64,000 nucleotides of DNA from the human T2T-CHM13v2.0 reference genome, Homo sapiens. Under the pieces are notes generated by a model. The model was not told where the DNA came from, did no database searches, and was given only the letters and a program-made list of their open reading frames with translations. The DNA lies in NCBI RefSeq assembly GCF_009914755.1, contig NC_060934.1; one strand, 5' to 3'. Positions 24,366-37,899 of the stretch are shown here, in pieces (within the stretch, counting starts at the first letter, position 1; each line of letters begins with the position of its first letter). Position numbers and translations under genes: made by a program.

Positions 24366-27300
24366 TTATTGATGTTTCCTTGCCTTTCCTCTCCCTAGAG
24401 CCTGTCATCTTCCCTCTGCTTTATCAGGACCTTCAGTGACCTTTATCGGGCCAGAAGGACAGCTGCTTAGAGACTCCACAGGGTCTTTTTTCCCTGAACC
24501 AACCTTCCTCAGCCCCTCACCACAGGTGGGACTCTAGGGACAGCCCAAGGCAGATCATGGTAATTGCTTTTCTCAGCAGAGCCCTGGCTTCTTTGTCCTG
24601 AGGTCTCTGGGAGGTGACCAACAGATGACCATGCCACCTGGACTCAGCATTCCGCCAAGGGGCCTGCTGTCAGTTTCCCTCTGCACTCAAATTGATTCCC
24701 AGAGGGAAAGTGGGCCACACAGGCTAGACACCTTGTATTGTTCTCTTCCGTGGGCACCATCACAAGCTGTTACCCTTCTCCCTGGACTGCTGAAATAATC
24801 AGCAGCAGCCAAACATCTGATTTCAAACAACAGTGGGTGGAAGTATGTTTAAAGTTAATTCAATGCTTTGTAGCTCCTTGGATGAGGATGAGTAAAAACG
24901 CATGTCTCATTCTCCAATTCCTTTACATTGCATTTAGTGAGGGTGCGTAGTCTTCATAATACTTTTGTCTTAGAAATATATGTGTACATACATGTGTACA
25001 CATACATGCATATATGGGTATGAGTCTACTGGGTTGCAACATAAATGTATTTCTTACTTGGGTTGCAGTCAAAAAGTGTGAAAGCTGTTGGCTTAGGACA
25101 CACAAAAGCCAAGTGCCTTCCAAACTCGCAGTCCATTTATACAAGACATGAAGCCAAAAAAGTGATTCAGTAATAATGTAAGGGCTTTGAACTATCCAAA
25201 CACAAGTGGGAAATGTTCCGTTTGTTTCAGACGGGAAGGAGATTGCTGCGGCATTATGTACAACTGCAGGAGAAGCATCCTCACAGCTGCAAGTGGGTTC
25301 CCTGGGAGTCTGTCCTTTCTACATCTTTTTAGTCCCCATTCCCCTGGTTTTGTTCTCAGAATATGTGGGACACACAGAAAATGCCCGTCCAAATGGTGAA
25401 GTGCTCAGTCGGAAAACATGGTAATGGTAATGGTAATGATTCTTTAATTTGTTAACCTGCTCACCTGGAAGATCACAAGAGGTTGCTGAGTGGCTGGAAT
25501 TCTTTCTGTGATGCATTGAGCTGGGGGCATCAGAGGGGGCCACAGCCGCTCCCCAGGAAAAACTGAACCGGGGTCAAGGTGTCTGAGTCTGATCCAAATA
25601 TTTTCATCCAAGAAGTGGATAGCAAGGCCCTGGGTACTTGTGGGAGAGGGTAACTGGTTTAGGGGAGTGAGTCCTCTGGAATCATTAGGTGGTGGTCTAG
25701 CAGAAAAGGCACCAGCTCTGTGGCTAAACAGAACACTGAAAGGCCTCCATCAGGTAGAAGGTTCTAGAGAATCCCAGATTCCATTCTCTGTGAGGAATGA
25801 TTAGTAGTCAGGTTTAGGAGATGCACCTTTGCAGTTGGTTTTAAAGACTGAGGTGATCTGAGGGGCTCATAGTCCCTAGATGAGCATTTGAGATGCTGTC
25901 CTTCCTGAAATGGCCCTGACTTTAAGCCATTAGGGCAAAGAGGAGGTCTCTAGGGAGGGCATGGCTCAGACATCATGCCCCTGCCCTACCTTGGTTTCTC
26001 TGCTTACCTACCCACTGTTCCAGGTAGCAATCTAATCAATTCCATTGTTGGCCCTTTGTCAAATTCCCCTGGTGGTGTCCTTCCAGTTAATTCTATTCTC
26101 CTCCTGAGATTCTCTGTCCATTTGTTTGTTTGTTTATTCTTATTTGGGCTGGCATTCTCTTTCAAGACCAATCAGGTTACTTAAAAAAAGAAGAGAAGAC
26201 TTTTTATTTCGTCAATTAAATTATGTCATTTGAAAACAAAAAAATAAGCTCACTTCTGTGAAACTCTTACCATTTTCTCCCACTGGGGCATTCTCTCCGA
26301 AGTGAGTAAACCTCAGTTAACCATGATACTGGAAGAATGGGGGATAAATACAATTAAAACTTTAAGATATCTGAGTATCACCCACAAAACCTGCCATTGA
26401 ACCTATTGTTTATATATATTTAAACTAATTTAATTGCCTTTGGCAATATGCTATTTGCTATTTGCCTTTGAAACATGCTATAACTTCTATGGAAAAAGAG
26501 TTAAGGGAATCTTTCTTTGATGCAGGATGTTGTCATTATAAGTATCTGCTTTCCTTGCCCAGCATATAGAATATAAGGAATAAAAGTTTGAGTAGAATTT
26601 GTGCTTACCCTAGAACCCTTCTGGGTGATAAATCTCCTTTAATCCTCTAGCGGCTTGTTTTGTGGTGATGCTCTTTTCCCGTCAAAATATCAAAGGCGTG
26701 CAAATCTCAAAACATGGGAACACTGGTGAGTGCTTTGCATAGTCTCATGGATCCTTTGCCAGCCAACTGGGAAAAAGAAGAGGAATAGGGCTTATTCCAC
26801 CAATTTCAAAGCGACCATTGGCTGAGTCCCACAGATGATATGGGAGTTATCCAAAGTCACATAGTGAGCTAGTGGCATGGAAAGAGACAGATGCCAGGCC
26901 TCCAAGCTGGATCATCTGCCCCAGGATATCTTCATTACTACTAATCACAATGCCTCAACTTCCATTGTTATGAAATACCCATCTACAGGCCTCTTCTGAG
27001 CAGAAAAACATGTTTGCTGGAAGGGGTAACTCCTTCAGTTCTTGTCAGCCACTCCCATCTCAGAGGGAATGTTAATAGTTAATTAAAGGTAAAGTCCTAT
27101 GGAACAAAGTACAGAGACGAGCAAACTGGGAAAAAAACAGATGGGTAAGCATAGAAAGGGACATCTAGGGGGTGACATAAGGTTCAGAGATGAACTTTTT
27201 AAACATTTTTCAGAGACCACATGGCATTCAACGTTTCCTATCATGTTCCTTCTTTTCTTGCTTGGAACCCCAACATGCCGTGGGAAATTCTGCGGCTTCT

Positions 27301-27370
27301 CTAAGGGCTTCTCCAAGACCAAAGGCATGTTGGCCCAGCATGGTTCTCCATCTCTCACCTTTTTTCCTAG

Positions 27371-27517
27371 GTAGCAGGTATCAAAGGGATATTTCTGGCA
27401 AACAAGAAGGTGGACGACCAGGTGAAGACATACATCACTTACAACAAAGGCAGGGATTGGCGCCTGCTGCAAGCTCCGGATGTGGACCTGAGAGGAAGCC
27501 CAGTGCACTGCCTGCTG
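27371..27517 (+). CDS. SORCS3: SORCS3 coding exon C (147 nt, phase 0-0; probably exon 10)
   Basis: ctcaccttttttcctag|GTA GCA ... CTG CTG|gtcagt. Translates VAGIKGIFLANKKVDDQVKTYITYNKGRDWRLLQAPDVDLRGSPVHCLL, with Asp-box ITYNKGRDW. Confidence 0.97.
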
Positions 27518-29124
27518 GTCAGTCACTCAGCCTCATGGGAAGTTCACAGGGCAGGCTGGCCACCTGCAGAAGCTGTGTCGAGGGCTTTGTTTCGTCAAAG
27601 GGTCTTAGGAACTCAGGTGGTGCAGAGCAGTAATTTTCTAAAACTTGCAGGGCATTGGTGTGTGGACTCAGAGTGCAGCACCAATTGGGTGAAAGGCCCA
27701 GTTGAATTATGCAGGCATTTAATGAGGATCTACTATGTGCTCCATCTCATAGTAAGGCAAATAAACATATAAGAGAAGGAGCCTGTACTCAAGGGTCCCA
27801 GGCACAGCTCAGTAGTAGTAATACATCTATTAACTGATACTAACATGATGCATTGTGTTTTGGTAAATGCTTGCTAGATGTTGAGGCAAGCAAAAGTTGC
27901 TTTGAGAATCCAGGGGGAGCTTAGGCTGGAATGTCCATATGGGACAGTTAATCTATCAGCATTTCCAGGATTCCTGTTGTATGGGATATTGGGGTAGGCA
28001 CCATGGAAGACATGATGTGTGAGATGGTATCTCTGGCTCCAGGTGCTTCTGCTCTGTGTGAGGAGGCAAGAGGCTTCATTAACAATAAAATCCACAATCT
28101 TCAGTGCCCTCTGAATAAGGACTGCTGTAAGAAACAATTCTAAGGTCCCAGAAATGGTTATGTTTCTTCTGAGCAAAAAGTTTCCTCTTGCCACTTATTC
28201 AGAAAGATTTATTAACCACTTATCTTATTCTAGACCCTATGTTAAAAATTGGGACTACAATGGTAAATACAGCAAATAGCGCTCTTTCCCTTTGTAATTT
28301 TCAGCCTTATTCCATATAATTTTTGCTTCAGGTACTAGGAGGGTCAGAGAGAAATGCCTGCTTACCTCTAGGAATTGGTCACAGCATGCATTTTTTTTTT
28401 CCTCAAACCTTGCCCATGGCTTCATCTTATTTTAATCTGATTTTCTCTTTCTTTCTATTTCTTCATCTTCTTATTTGTATTTGTTGTACAGAATATGTCT
28501 CTGTAAATCCCCAAGCCCTTTTAAGAACACTCCAATGGGGATAGATGAATAAATAAATGAATAAATAGAGAACACAGACTTATATAGGTTTTAGATGATG
28601 GCTTCAAATATTTTAAGTAAAATTATAAGTAAGAACAAAATATATAAAACAGAGACAGAGACAATCTGGCTGAAGAAGGTGGAGGGCCTGGCCTAGTTCA
28701 CATAGCTTCCACTCTTCACTCCTCCCAGAGGGCCCTTACAACTCCAAGAAGCAGAATTGATGGTCAAGATCAGAAATGCGAGAATGTTAGTGTCATCCTG
28801 GTAGAAGGAATGGTCAAGGAGGCTTCATAAAGCCAGCCATGAACTGGAACTTGGATAGGTTGGGTGAGGAAGAGAGGGAAAGGCACGAGATTGTGGTTGG
28901 GGGGCAGAGGCAGGAGGGGGTTTATGGAAGGTACTCAGTGGAGCTTCTAATGTGAGCATACCAGCTATCTCAGGTGCGGATATCTCCTGCCCAAAACTGT
29001 GTGACTCACCATCCAATGCCTTGCTATTTCTGGGAGCTGAACATCGGGAAGCCCATCTCTAGTGGGGCAGGGGTACAGGTGTCTGGAATTTCCTAGAATG
29101 AAACTATTTCTTTCTCCATTTTAG

Positions 29125-29227
29125 CCCTTCTGTTCCTTACATCTGCACCTGCAACTCTCTGAAAATCCATATTCCTCAGGAAGAATCTCTAGCAAGGAGA
29201 CAGCCCCAGGACTTGTGGTGGCTACAG
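29125..29227 (+). CDS. SORCS3: SORCS3 coding exon D (103 nt, phase 0-1; probably exon 11)
   Basis: tttctttctccattttag|CCC TTC ... GCT ACA G|gtaaga. Translates PFCSLHLHLQLSENPYSSGRISSKETAPGLVVAT(G). CSLHLH and APG-x-x-x-A-x-G are typical of the VPS10 family. Not in the ORF track. Confidence 0.96.
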
Positions 29228-30577
29228 GTAAGAAAAACATTCCCTGTGCTTCTTCCTTACTGAGAGTGTCTAGAATAAATTTGTCACCTCTTTTTGGATC
29301 ATGGACTCACTTGAGCATCAGATGAAAGCTGTGAGCACTCGCCCCAGAAAATATGCAGGGTTCCTCAATACCCATCTAAGAACCTAACATGCAAAGAGCT
29401 CCAGACATTTGTAATTCCTAGGCTCATGCATCTTCCCCCCAGACACAGAGCAGTCCCCTGTGCTTAGGAAGAGGCCAGAGTTTCTCTCAAAGTAAACTGA
29501 CCAATCAGAATGGTTGTTTGTAATAGGGAATCCACACTTTAAGAAAACATGATATATGAACTTCCTAGCTCACCAGATGTAAGTTGGGGTAGTTTTCTCT
29601 TTGAACAGATGATTCTTTACAAAGGGTTCCATCCCAGAGCTGTTTTTAATCAGGTGCATGTAAAGGCTTGTTTACACATGGTTAACCCCTTGGCTGAGAG
29701 CCTGAGGGCAAAGGGCAGAAAAACTTAAGGTTGCATTGTTGGAATCACTGTCCACTGAGCATCAGTCAGAGATGAAGATAAAGCAACTCTGAGATGAAAG
29801 CTAAAGTCTCCGGGGAGTATGCTCTGATTAGCATGCACTGCATTTCCATACACCTTTTCAAGAATACATTGATGGCATAAAGGAAGGCAGCCTGCTAATC
29901 TTAGAAGTTAGAGCTCCGGTGTTGGTCAGCTTATTTTTCTAATGAAAGCAGATAAATTCACAGTGACTTTCGGAGCTGGTACATTCTGTTTTCTCTCATC
30001 AACCCAAAGCTCTGGTCCCTGGAGTTCCTACTCTCTAGGCATGGCTTCCTTCTCCAAGCCTCCAACTGTGTGAGCTTTTAGATACCACCAGTGATGAACC
30101 ACTCTCATCAGATTGACAGCTGGCATAGCCTTCTGGCATGTTAGTCAACTCCTGTCAACCCCAGATGGTTGACACCACAGTGGTATTAAGCAAGCCCACT
30201 ATGCTTAATACCACTGGCTTCAGGGAGCCCAGGCTGAGGAGAGATGAAGGCAGGCTCAGTTGCTGTTCCCCTAGCTGGAGAAGTGATCCTCACACTCTGC
30301 AATCCATGTGGATTGGTTTTTCCAACTCAAGGGCTGCGGGACCCTATGCCTCTCCTCAAGACCTACAGGAGGTCTGAACTGGAAGCTACATCAAAAAGTA
30401 GGGATGAATGATAAAAGTTAATATTATCTGAATATTTAGTGTGTAGCCAGGCATTGTTCTTTGTGGGTTGACCACTCTGAACTTCAGTGTTTTCATTGGC
30501 AAAGTGGGCATAATAGTACCAAAATAATAGAATTGCAGGATATAATGAAACAATGAATTTAAAATGCTTAGAACAAT

Positions 30578-30928
<351 letters not shown>

Positions 30929-33900
30929 TTACTTATCATCATTAATGTTATAGAAGTTAAAACTCTTCTTACATCAGAAGAATATAATGTGCTCATCTCC
31001 TTCAATAAATCCATAAATCCGATGCATGCACTATGCACACAGAGAAACTCAGGAAACTTGTCCTCCTGCTTTCCAGGCTGAGCCCTGACACTTATTAGGT
31101 TTGTGCATTTGGCTTAGTTTTTAAACTCTGAGCTTCATTTTTCTCATCTGTAAAACTGTGGGGGTGTTGTAAAAATTAGAGATGGAAGTATGTGTCTATA
31201 AGACCCAGCAGAGTGCACAGAGCATCATAAGGTAGTATTAATGGTAGTTGTTATTACCTGTGACCAGCATATTGCTTCTAAATTAGTACTTTGTAAATTA
31301 GCAAACACACAGACATTAAAGATTTATTTTTGAATTTTTTTGTCCCATATGTATCAGAATTGCTAATTTCTTTTTATCTCCCCTTGTAATTCTTGAGGCT
31401 TTTTGCCATGCCCTGGATCTTTGGGAGGGATATAACTCAGCTGATGAGATCCTGATGAAAAGCCAGGGCTAAGTCACTGGCGCGTGCCTCTTCATACCCA
31501 GCTTCTCCTTACCCTGCTTGCCCTGGACACCTTGGGAGGTTATTTGCCATCAGGAAGATAACTATGACGTCAGCCAATTATGCCTTCAGTGGCCTGCATG
31601 GAGCCTGCCCCTGCAGGGTCCTTTCCCATATCCATGCCTTCCACCTGCCCTTCAGGTGTCAGTCACCCTGGGCTCTCTCCACTCCCACTGCTGACTCCCT
31701 TTTCCCACTTTGCACTGAGATGTGGTCTCAGGGAAGCTGCGTGGATAAAAGTATACCCTGGGATTCATCTCTTAACTCCTGGTTGAGGACATCTCCGAAG
31801 GCAGATGGAAATCTAGTATAGAGAGTTTGGCAATTGCCTTTTGCAAGCAGAAACACTAGGGTTCCTAATATCCTTAACACTGTGGTTTCAAGCTAGTAAT
31901 AAAGACCTCACATCCTTGCAGTGCCTTACAGCATCCAAAGCTTGCTTTTCTTGCCTTGATTGCATAACTGCACGATGATGTAGAAATGGCAATTACTATA
32001 CTCCTCAATTTAGAGATGAAGAGACTGTGGGCAGGTGGAAACAGGTGTCATGTCCCAGCCCACAATCTCTCTGATTCCACCTCTAGTACTCTGTTCTGTA
32101 GCCCTTCAGCCAGACCCGTCTCTGAGCCCCTTTCCGTGCCAGCTCCACAGCTAACCAGACCCCCTGCCAAACTTCCTGTAAACTCTGAATGTTCACACCC
32201 TCCTATTGTTCTTTCTGTGGAGGCCCTCCTCCCGCCCCTGCCCCTGCAGGGGCAAGTTGCTTGTATACTGTCAGCTTCCTCCCCAACTGAGCCTGTAGCC
32301 ACCCTGTATGGGCAGCAACTCCCTCTGGCATGAGTGGTGGTGAGAGAAGCGTAGCTAGCCCTCAGAGGACTTCAATATTCTCTCCCTTTTATTTTATTTT
32401 TTTAATATTTAAGGAGCAGAGAAGGATAGCACTGGGAGGAAATGAGGGTGAAAGCAAGTTGTTTAAAACTTCCAAAAAGGGCAATGGGCCCTCCATCATT
32501 TACCAGCAAAGCTGTTGGTGAGAAAAGATCCCAGTTCTTCTTCTCCATCTCACTCTCCCTCCTCTCTCATCATACCACTCAAGTGGGCAACAGCTGCATC
32601 CCCTTCTTCCAACATGGTTGGCAGCCACTCTAGCTGAGCTCCAATTCCACTTCAGCCAGCAAGGCTCATTTTTCAAATCCTCCTTCTCTGACACCATAAC
32701 TCCGGCTCTTCCTATCAGAAATCACCCACAGAGCCACCTAAGGACTGTACATGTTCAAAGATCAACTCCTCCTGGGTACATCTTTTCTGTCCCTTCATCT
32801 GGGAACCAACTTTCTGGTCTCTGTGATCCGTAACATTTTCTTTCAGAGGTCTCTTCAATTGACAGAAGATATTTCCACAAATAGAGTTCACTGTGAGCCT
32901 TGGGTTCTTACCACCATAAGGCCCCCAAAATCCATCTAGTCGAGCTTTGAAAGAGAGGCTAAAGATGTTGACAGAACCAGCTTCTAAGGAAGGTGAGGGA
33001 TGATAAGCTAGATCCTTAGAAGCCATGCCAGGGATGGAAGATACACAGCTCTGGAGCAACAGTGCTCCTGCCTCCCTCTTTCTCTGTCACCCTTGGTAGA
33101 CATCTGTTGATCACCACCACATTCTATTCTGTCAAAACCAAAGAATCCTTCTTAACACAATGCTCCAGGTTAGCACAACCACTAAGCGACTCGAGTTGAT
33201 ATTCTCCTCCCCATTTCCCTTTACTTTCCTTACCTGTGTCTTCTAAAACCTGTATCTGGGGAGTTGAATTCCAAATTCCAGACAGAACTCCATGGATCTA
33301 CTCACCAAGCCTCTCCCTACTCCTCCCACACCTACTGCCTGAACCCTGAGCCCTGAGCCCAGGGGTTATTTTTGAAATCTTGAGTCTCAAAACAAGTTGG
33401 CTATCTGTGTGCTTCCTGATGCTGATGGAAGCTTGACAAGCTGTAGCCTGGCTTTAATTTCTCATCTTGAAGCATTAAATGTCAGGAGCTCAATTAACAT
33501 TTTCATTATTGCATTTTTGTTGTGCTCCTATTTAGGCTACAGATGTGTGGGAGCTAACATTCTCTTCCTGCTATTTTTAAAGAAAAAATATCAGCCAGTA
33601 AGATAAACTCTTACATGTTTAGGGTTCCTTCCTGGTTGTCAGAACTTCCTCAAGTGCACATCAACATTGGAACATGATCCAATCATTTGTTTTCCCATTC
33701 ATTCATTCCACAATTATTTATTGAGCACTATTAGGTTGGGGGCCTCTTTTAGGCTGTGAGAAGAGGGCTGCTCATTGGGAAAACGAAATCAATATAGATG
33801 GACTAGAAAAGCTTGACCACTTTCTTTTTAATAAGCATAGCCACAAGGTGATGGAGTGCCAGGGGAAGAAAAAGAAGGGCAGAGAGGAGAGTGTGAAGGG

Positions 33901-34109
33901 ATGGAAGCAGCAAGTATGGTTGGTCTAGGCATAAGCCAGGTGACTTGTTTTGCTGCCATGCTTGATGGCCATGGTATGCTGAGTGTGGTCATCTTCTTCT
34001 GGGCACCGTATAATTTAGGTTACATAATCTGTACCATTGGGTCACTCAACTGCCTGGCACTCAAAGGACATTCTGACAAGTTTCAAACATACACACAGAC
34101 ACACAGTTA

Positions 34110-34116
<7 letters not shown>

Positions 34117-34154
<38 letters not shown>
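34117..34154. repeat. (AC)19 microsatellite
   Basis: Uninterrupted AC run preceded by degenerate CA units from about 34088. Confidence 0.95.
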
Positions 34155-34155
<1 letters not shown>

Positions 34156-34535
34156 AGTTTTTCTCAGGCTCCTATGCCAGATTTCTCCATATGTGTCTAC
34201 TCTTCCACTCTTTGCTTCCTTCAGGGGACACCTGTCAGGAGCAATGTGAGAGATTATTGGTATACAGACTGAATAATTCAAGAGACCTGGACTAATCGAT
34301 ATTGTCTTTGACTCATGACATTGAATGATGCATTTCTGTCATACTATTTAGATTTTTTCCCATATTGGGTTTTTCATCCTGCTGGGCTTTTGATATGACA
34401 CCAGAAAAGAAACTGCACAAATTAGCTGTAAATATCACTTAGAAAACCTTTACTCTCTGCTCCCCCATCCCTCAGCCCTAAGCACACTTAATTGGTAAAC
34501 TCCTGACAATCTCAAATGATCTGCTTATGTTTCAG

Positions 34536-34612
34536 GCAACATTGGCCCGGAGCTCTCATATACTGATATTGGTGTGTTCATCTCCTCCGATGGGGGCAAC
34601 ACATGGAGACAG
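34536..34612 (+). CDS. SORCS3: SORCS3 coding exon E (77 nt, phase 1-0; probably exon 12)
   Basis: ctgcttatgtttcag|GC AAC ... AGA CAG|gtaact. Translates (G)NIGPELSYTDIGVFISSDGGNTWRQ, with the canonical Asp-box SSDGGNTW. Phase matches exon D. Confidence 0.96.
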
Positions 34613-35170
34613 GTAACTGGGTGAATTGACAAAAAGGGAGGAGGCATTTAGAGTAAGTTCTACCAATCTCTCTCTCCATCCTATAGATTCTCAGCCTCAT
34701 TATGACTTTGTAATTTCAAAACATTTGAAGCAGCTGTTCAGTTTGGTCAATTTGGCTGGCAGGTTAGAGGGGTAATGGGGTATAATGAGAAGGGCATTGG
34801 GCAGGGAATAGGAGGAACTGGAATTTTCCCAGTTCACTTATTCTTTCCTTCAGCCATATGTATGTAACAGGTCCAGATGCTAAGTACTGTGCTGGTTGCT
34901 GGGGATACAACTGATGAAACTGTTTTTATCATTAGTGTGCCAAGAGTTCTTGGCAAGCTGGTCTCTTCACCTTTGGGGATGTGTTTCTGTATCTACAAAA
35001 TGCAAGGATTGGAACATTAAAACTGACAAAGCCATGGAAGTCAGTGGTTGTTTAAGTATTGTATAGACTGTCTTGAGTAAGTATGAAACAGCTTATATGC
35101 TTATATATGAGTAAGTATGAAACAGATATATGACTGCATGAAATGTTAATTCAGTTTTACAAACACTTAC

Positions 35171-35351
35171 AGCAATGCTGTCCAATAGAATGTTCAGCGA
35201 TGATGGAAAAGTTCTGTATCTGTGCTTGTCCATGCAGCTATGGAGCACTTGAAATATGACTACTGTGTCAGAGGAACTTAACTTTTAATTTTATTTATTT
35301 TAATTAATTTAAATTTAAATACTCTCTTATGGCTACTATATTGGACAAATA
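35171..35351. mobile_element. MER3-like hAT MITE
   Basis: gctgtccaatagaa...gatgatggaaaagttctgtatctgtgct...gagcacttgaaat...tggctactatattggaca. Confidence 0.8.
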
Positions 35352-36785
35352 GACTTATACAGTGTCAACTAGGTGTCAGGCTCCAGGAGGTAATTGAATA
35401 CTTTGGAGTCCCTTTCCTTAAAAAGCTCAAAATTAAATAGGAGAAATGGGTTCGTAGCTAGATAACTATAATTCAGGGTGATAATAATATTTTAGTGGCA
35501 TTATTAGCATACAAAGAAAAGAGACGAATTGATCCTGCTGGAGAAACCAGGAAAGACATCACAAGGAGGGGAGGCATTTTACTAAGTCTTAAAAGTGAGA
35601 CAGTTTCTCCGTGGAGAAGACAAGAGAAAGACAATGAATATCTTGTTAGACAAGTTCCTGTTTGGATCCCTTAGTGAAGATTGTCATCACCACCATCATC
35701 ATCATCCCCATTGCCTCCAGTGTCAGCACTACCAGCGTTGTAAAAATTAACAAGTACTTACGAGACAAAAGCAACTATGTCAAGTACTGCAAGGCACACA
35801 GTCAATAATAAGTTAAGGTTCCTACCCACAAGGCCATAATCAGGTGGCTGGGGAGCAGATACATAAATAAGATCATACCCTTCAAAATGTAAAATAACCT
35901 ATTACGAGAGCCAAAGGAGGGTGGAAGCTGGAATACAAACTCATCTGGTAAAAAAAATCTCCTCATAGGCAAACCATTTCTGGAGATCTCTCTACCTCAA
36001 GAAGTAGCTCACTTGACCAACGTTGTCACTACTTTTTCTTTCCTCCTTTCATAAACAGCTAAGGAATCCACTTTTTCACTCCAGTACTAGACAGGGCAAA
36101 AATGAGCAGTGGCCAGATGGTAAAATTAAGAGGAAAGGATAAGGATAACTTCTCCCTCCTCCCCAGTGCCTCTTCCTATGTTCCTCATTCTTAGGGTTCA
36201 ACCCAGCATCTCCATTATGTGGCTTATCACAGAACCATCCTTTAAGCTCTGGAGAGAAAAGCCTAACATTGCAGACTCAGAGTCTATGTTTATATCTGGA
36301 ATATAAGTGAATCACCCTTAGGTCCTTTGTGCATTGGGGCTCATCATTAATAGGGACATTTTTCTTTTCTTTGAAGATAAATATGTAAAAAAAGAGGTTT
36401 AGGACTGAGAAACTACTTTTCTCTCTAAGGTTCCCTGGGGCATATATATAGGAGGCCCCATTCCTCTTACACATTCACCCCTTAAATCTGACTGTATCGT
36501 CTCCTTATCCTCTTCTAGCCCTCTTCACTTAACCCACCATCCCAACTTCTCCATCTAGGCTGCATGAACCACCATCAGTGGTTAAGTGCTGTAGGAATTC
36601 TCCAAGCATACTTTCCCCTAGAAGATCTACAGTCGAGATTAGTTCTCTGCTGGAGAAATAGTTTTCCTGTTTAAGGTTGGAGATATAAAAGTCATATCTG
36701 GTATAAGCATTGATATATGTGGGCTTAGGTCTGAAATTCTCTTAACTCGGAACCTTGTATTGAAGTCAGTGCTTAGAAAATGCCT

Positions 36786-36890
36786 ATGGGTAGATGGAGG
36801 GATGGATGGTTGGATGGAATACTGAATAAGGGAATGAATGAGTGAATGGATGGATAAGTAACAGACAAATAGATGAAATAAAGAATGAAT
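36786..36890. repeat. Degenerate (GGAT/GAAT)n tetranucleotide repeat, probably an L2 tail
   Basis: gatggagggatggatggttggatggaatactgaataagggaatgaatgagtgaatggatgga. Confidence 0.75.
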
Positions 36891-37249
36891 AACGTTAGGT
36901 CCCTGGAAGTACTGTGTTTCAATGACCACTTAGAGTAGGGATTCATAGACACCCAACATGGGTCTTCATCCAACTTGCAGGGAGGTGGTGGCTATTTCAA
37001 TTATTAGTTTTACCATAGTGGGTAGGAAATTGTCTTTTAAGTTCCTAGATAATGTATAAACAACACTATAAAACACAGACTATTGACAAATTAGCAAACA
37101 TCTGAATAGATGAGGAAGAAGAGAAGGCTGAGTAGTAACTTAATTAGCTGGAAAGATAGGGAAGTTTCTTCAAAGTCATACTTCCGTTGGGTTACCTAGT
37201 TGAGCATGCACCTTGTTGCTTCACCTTCATGTAGCATGCTGGTTCACAG

Positions 37250-37486
37250 TACTAGTAGTGGAAAGAGCCCTGGAAATGCAATTTGAGTGGCCTAGGGACA
37301 GTTATTTGTTTTCTGTGAGCCCATTTCCTCATCAATCAAATGGAGATAATACTTGCAAAAACTATCTGATAGTGCTGTTGGAAGGCTCAGAACCTAGATG
37401 AAACAATATATGTGAAAGACTGTAAACTGTTAAGCACTATGCAAATGTAAGGTGTTGCTATGATTGTTGTTGTTGTTGTTGTTGTT
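37250..37486 (+). mobile_element. MIR SINE whose tail is (TTG)7, abutting the exon F acceptor
   Basis: tagtggaaagagccctgga...ctgtgagcccatttcctcatcaatcaaatggagataata...atgtgaaag...taagcactatgcaaatgtaaggtgttgctatga(ttg)7. Confidence 0.75.
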
Positions 37487-37490
37487 CCAG

Positions 37491-37582
37491 ATCTTTGATG
37501 AAGAGTACAATGTCTGGTTCCTAGACTGGGGTGGTGCCCTCGTGGCCATGAAACACACACCTCTGCCAGTCAGGCATTTGTG
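37491..37582 (+). CDS. SORCS3: SORCS3 coding exon F (92 nt, phase 0-2; probably exon 13)
   Basis: (ttg)7ttccag|ATC TTT ... CAT TTG TG|gtaagg. Translates IFDEEYNVWFLDWGGALVAMKHTPLPVRHL(W). Confidence 0.96.
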
Positions 37583-37899
37583 GTAAGGAGAGCTCCCTAC
37601 CCTATTAATGAGCTAATGAGCAGCTTTTTAGTGGAGAGGATTGTGATGAGTTATTCTGCATGGTTTTGTACCCATTTGTACATTTCCTCATCCATTTATT
37701 TATCCATCCATCCATTTAATAGCCTTTACATCATCTAACTCATAAGCAGCAATAGTAGGCCAGATAATTCAGATGGGGAGGTGTAATGAATGGGGTGGGT
37801 GGTAATGAGTGGTCAGATAAGGCAGAAGACAGCAGGAAGGACCTGCAGTTCAAGTAGCCAAGATCAGTAATCCAAAATAGGAGAGATGGAAATTGGAAG

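Noticed and set aside
27083-27633. 147-aa ORFs on both strands overlapping exon C
   Set aside because: They are shadow frames of a GC-rich coding exon, with no recognisable domain or independent gene signals.
33856-34281. ORFs with HTHTHT or CVCVCV runs (and poly-His/Gln at 58136-58438, poly-Gln/Val/Ile at 38397-38768)
   Set aside because: They are translations of microsatellites.
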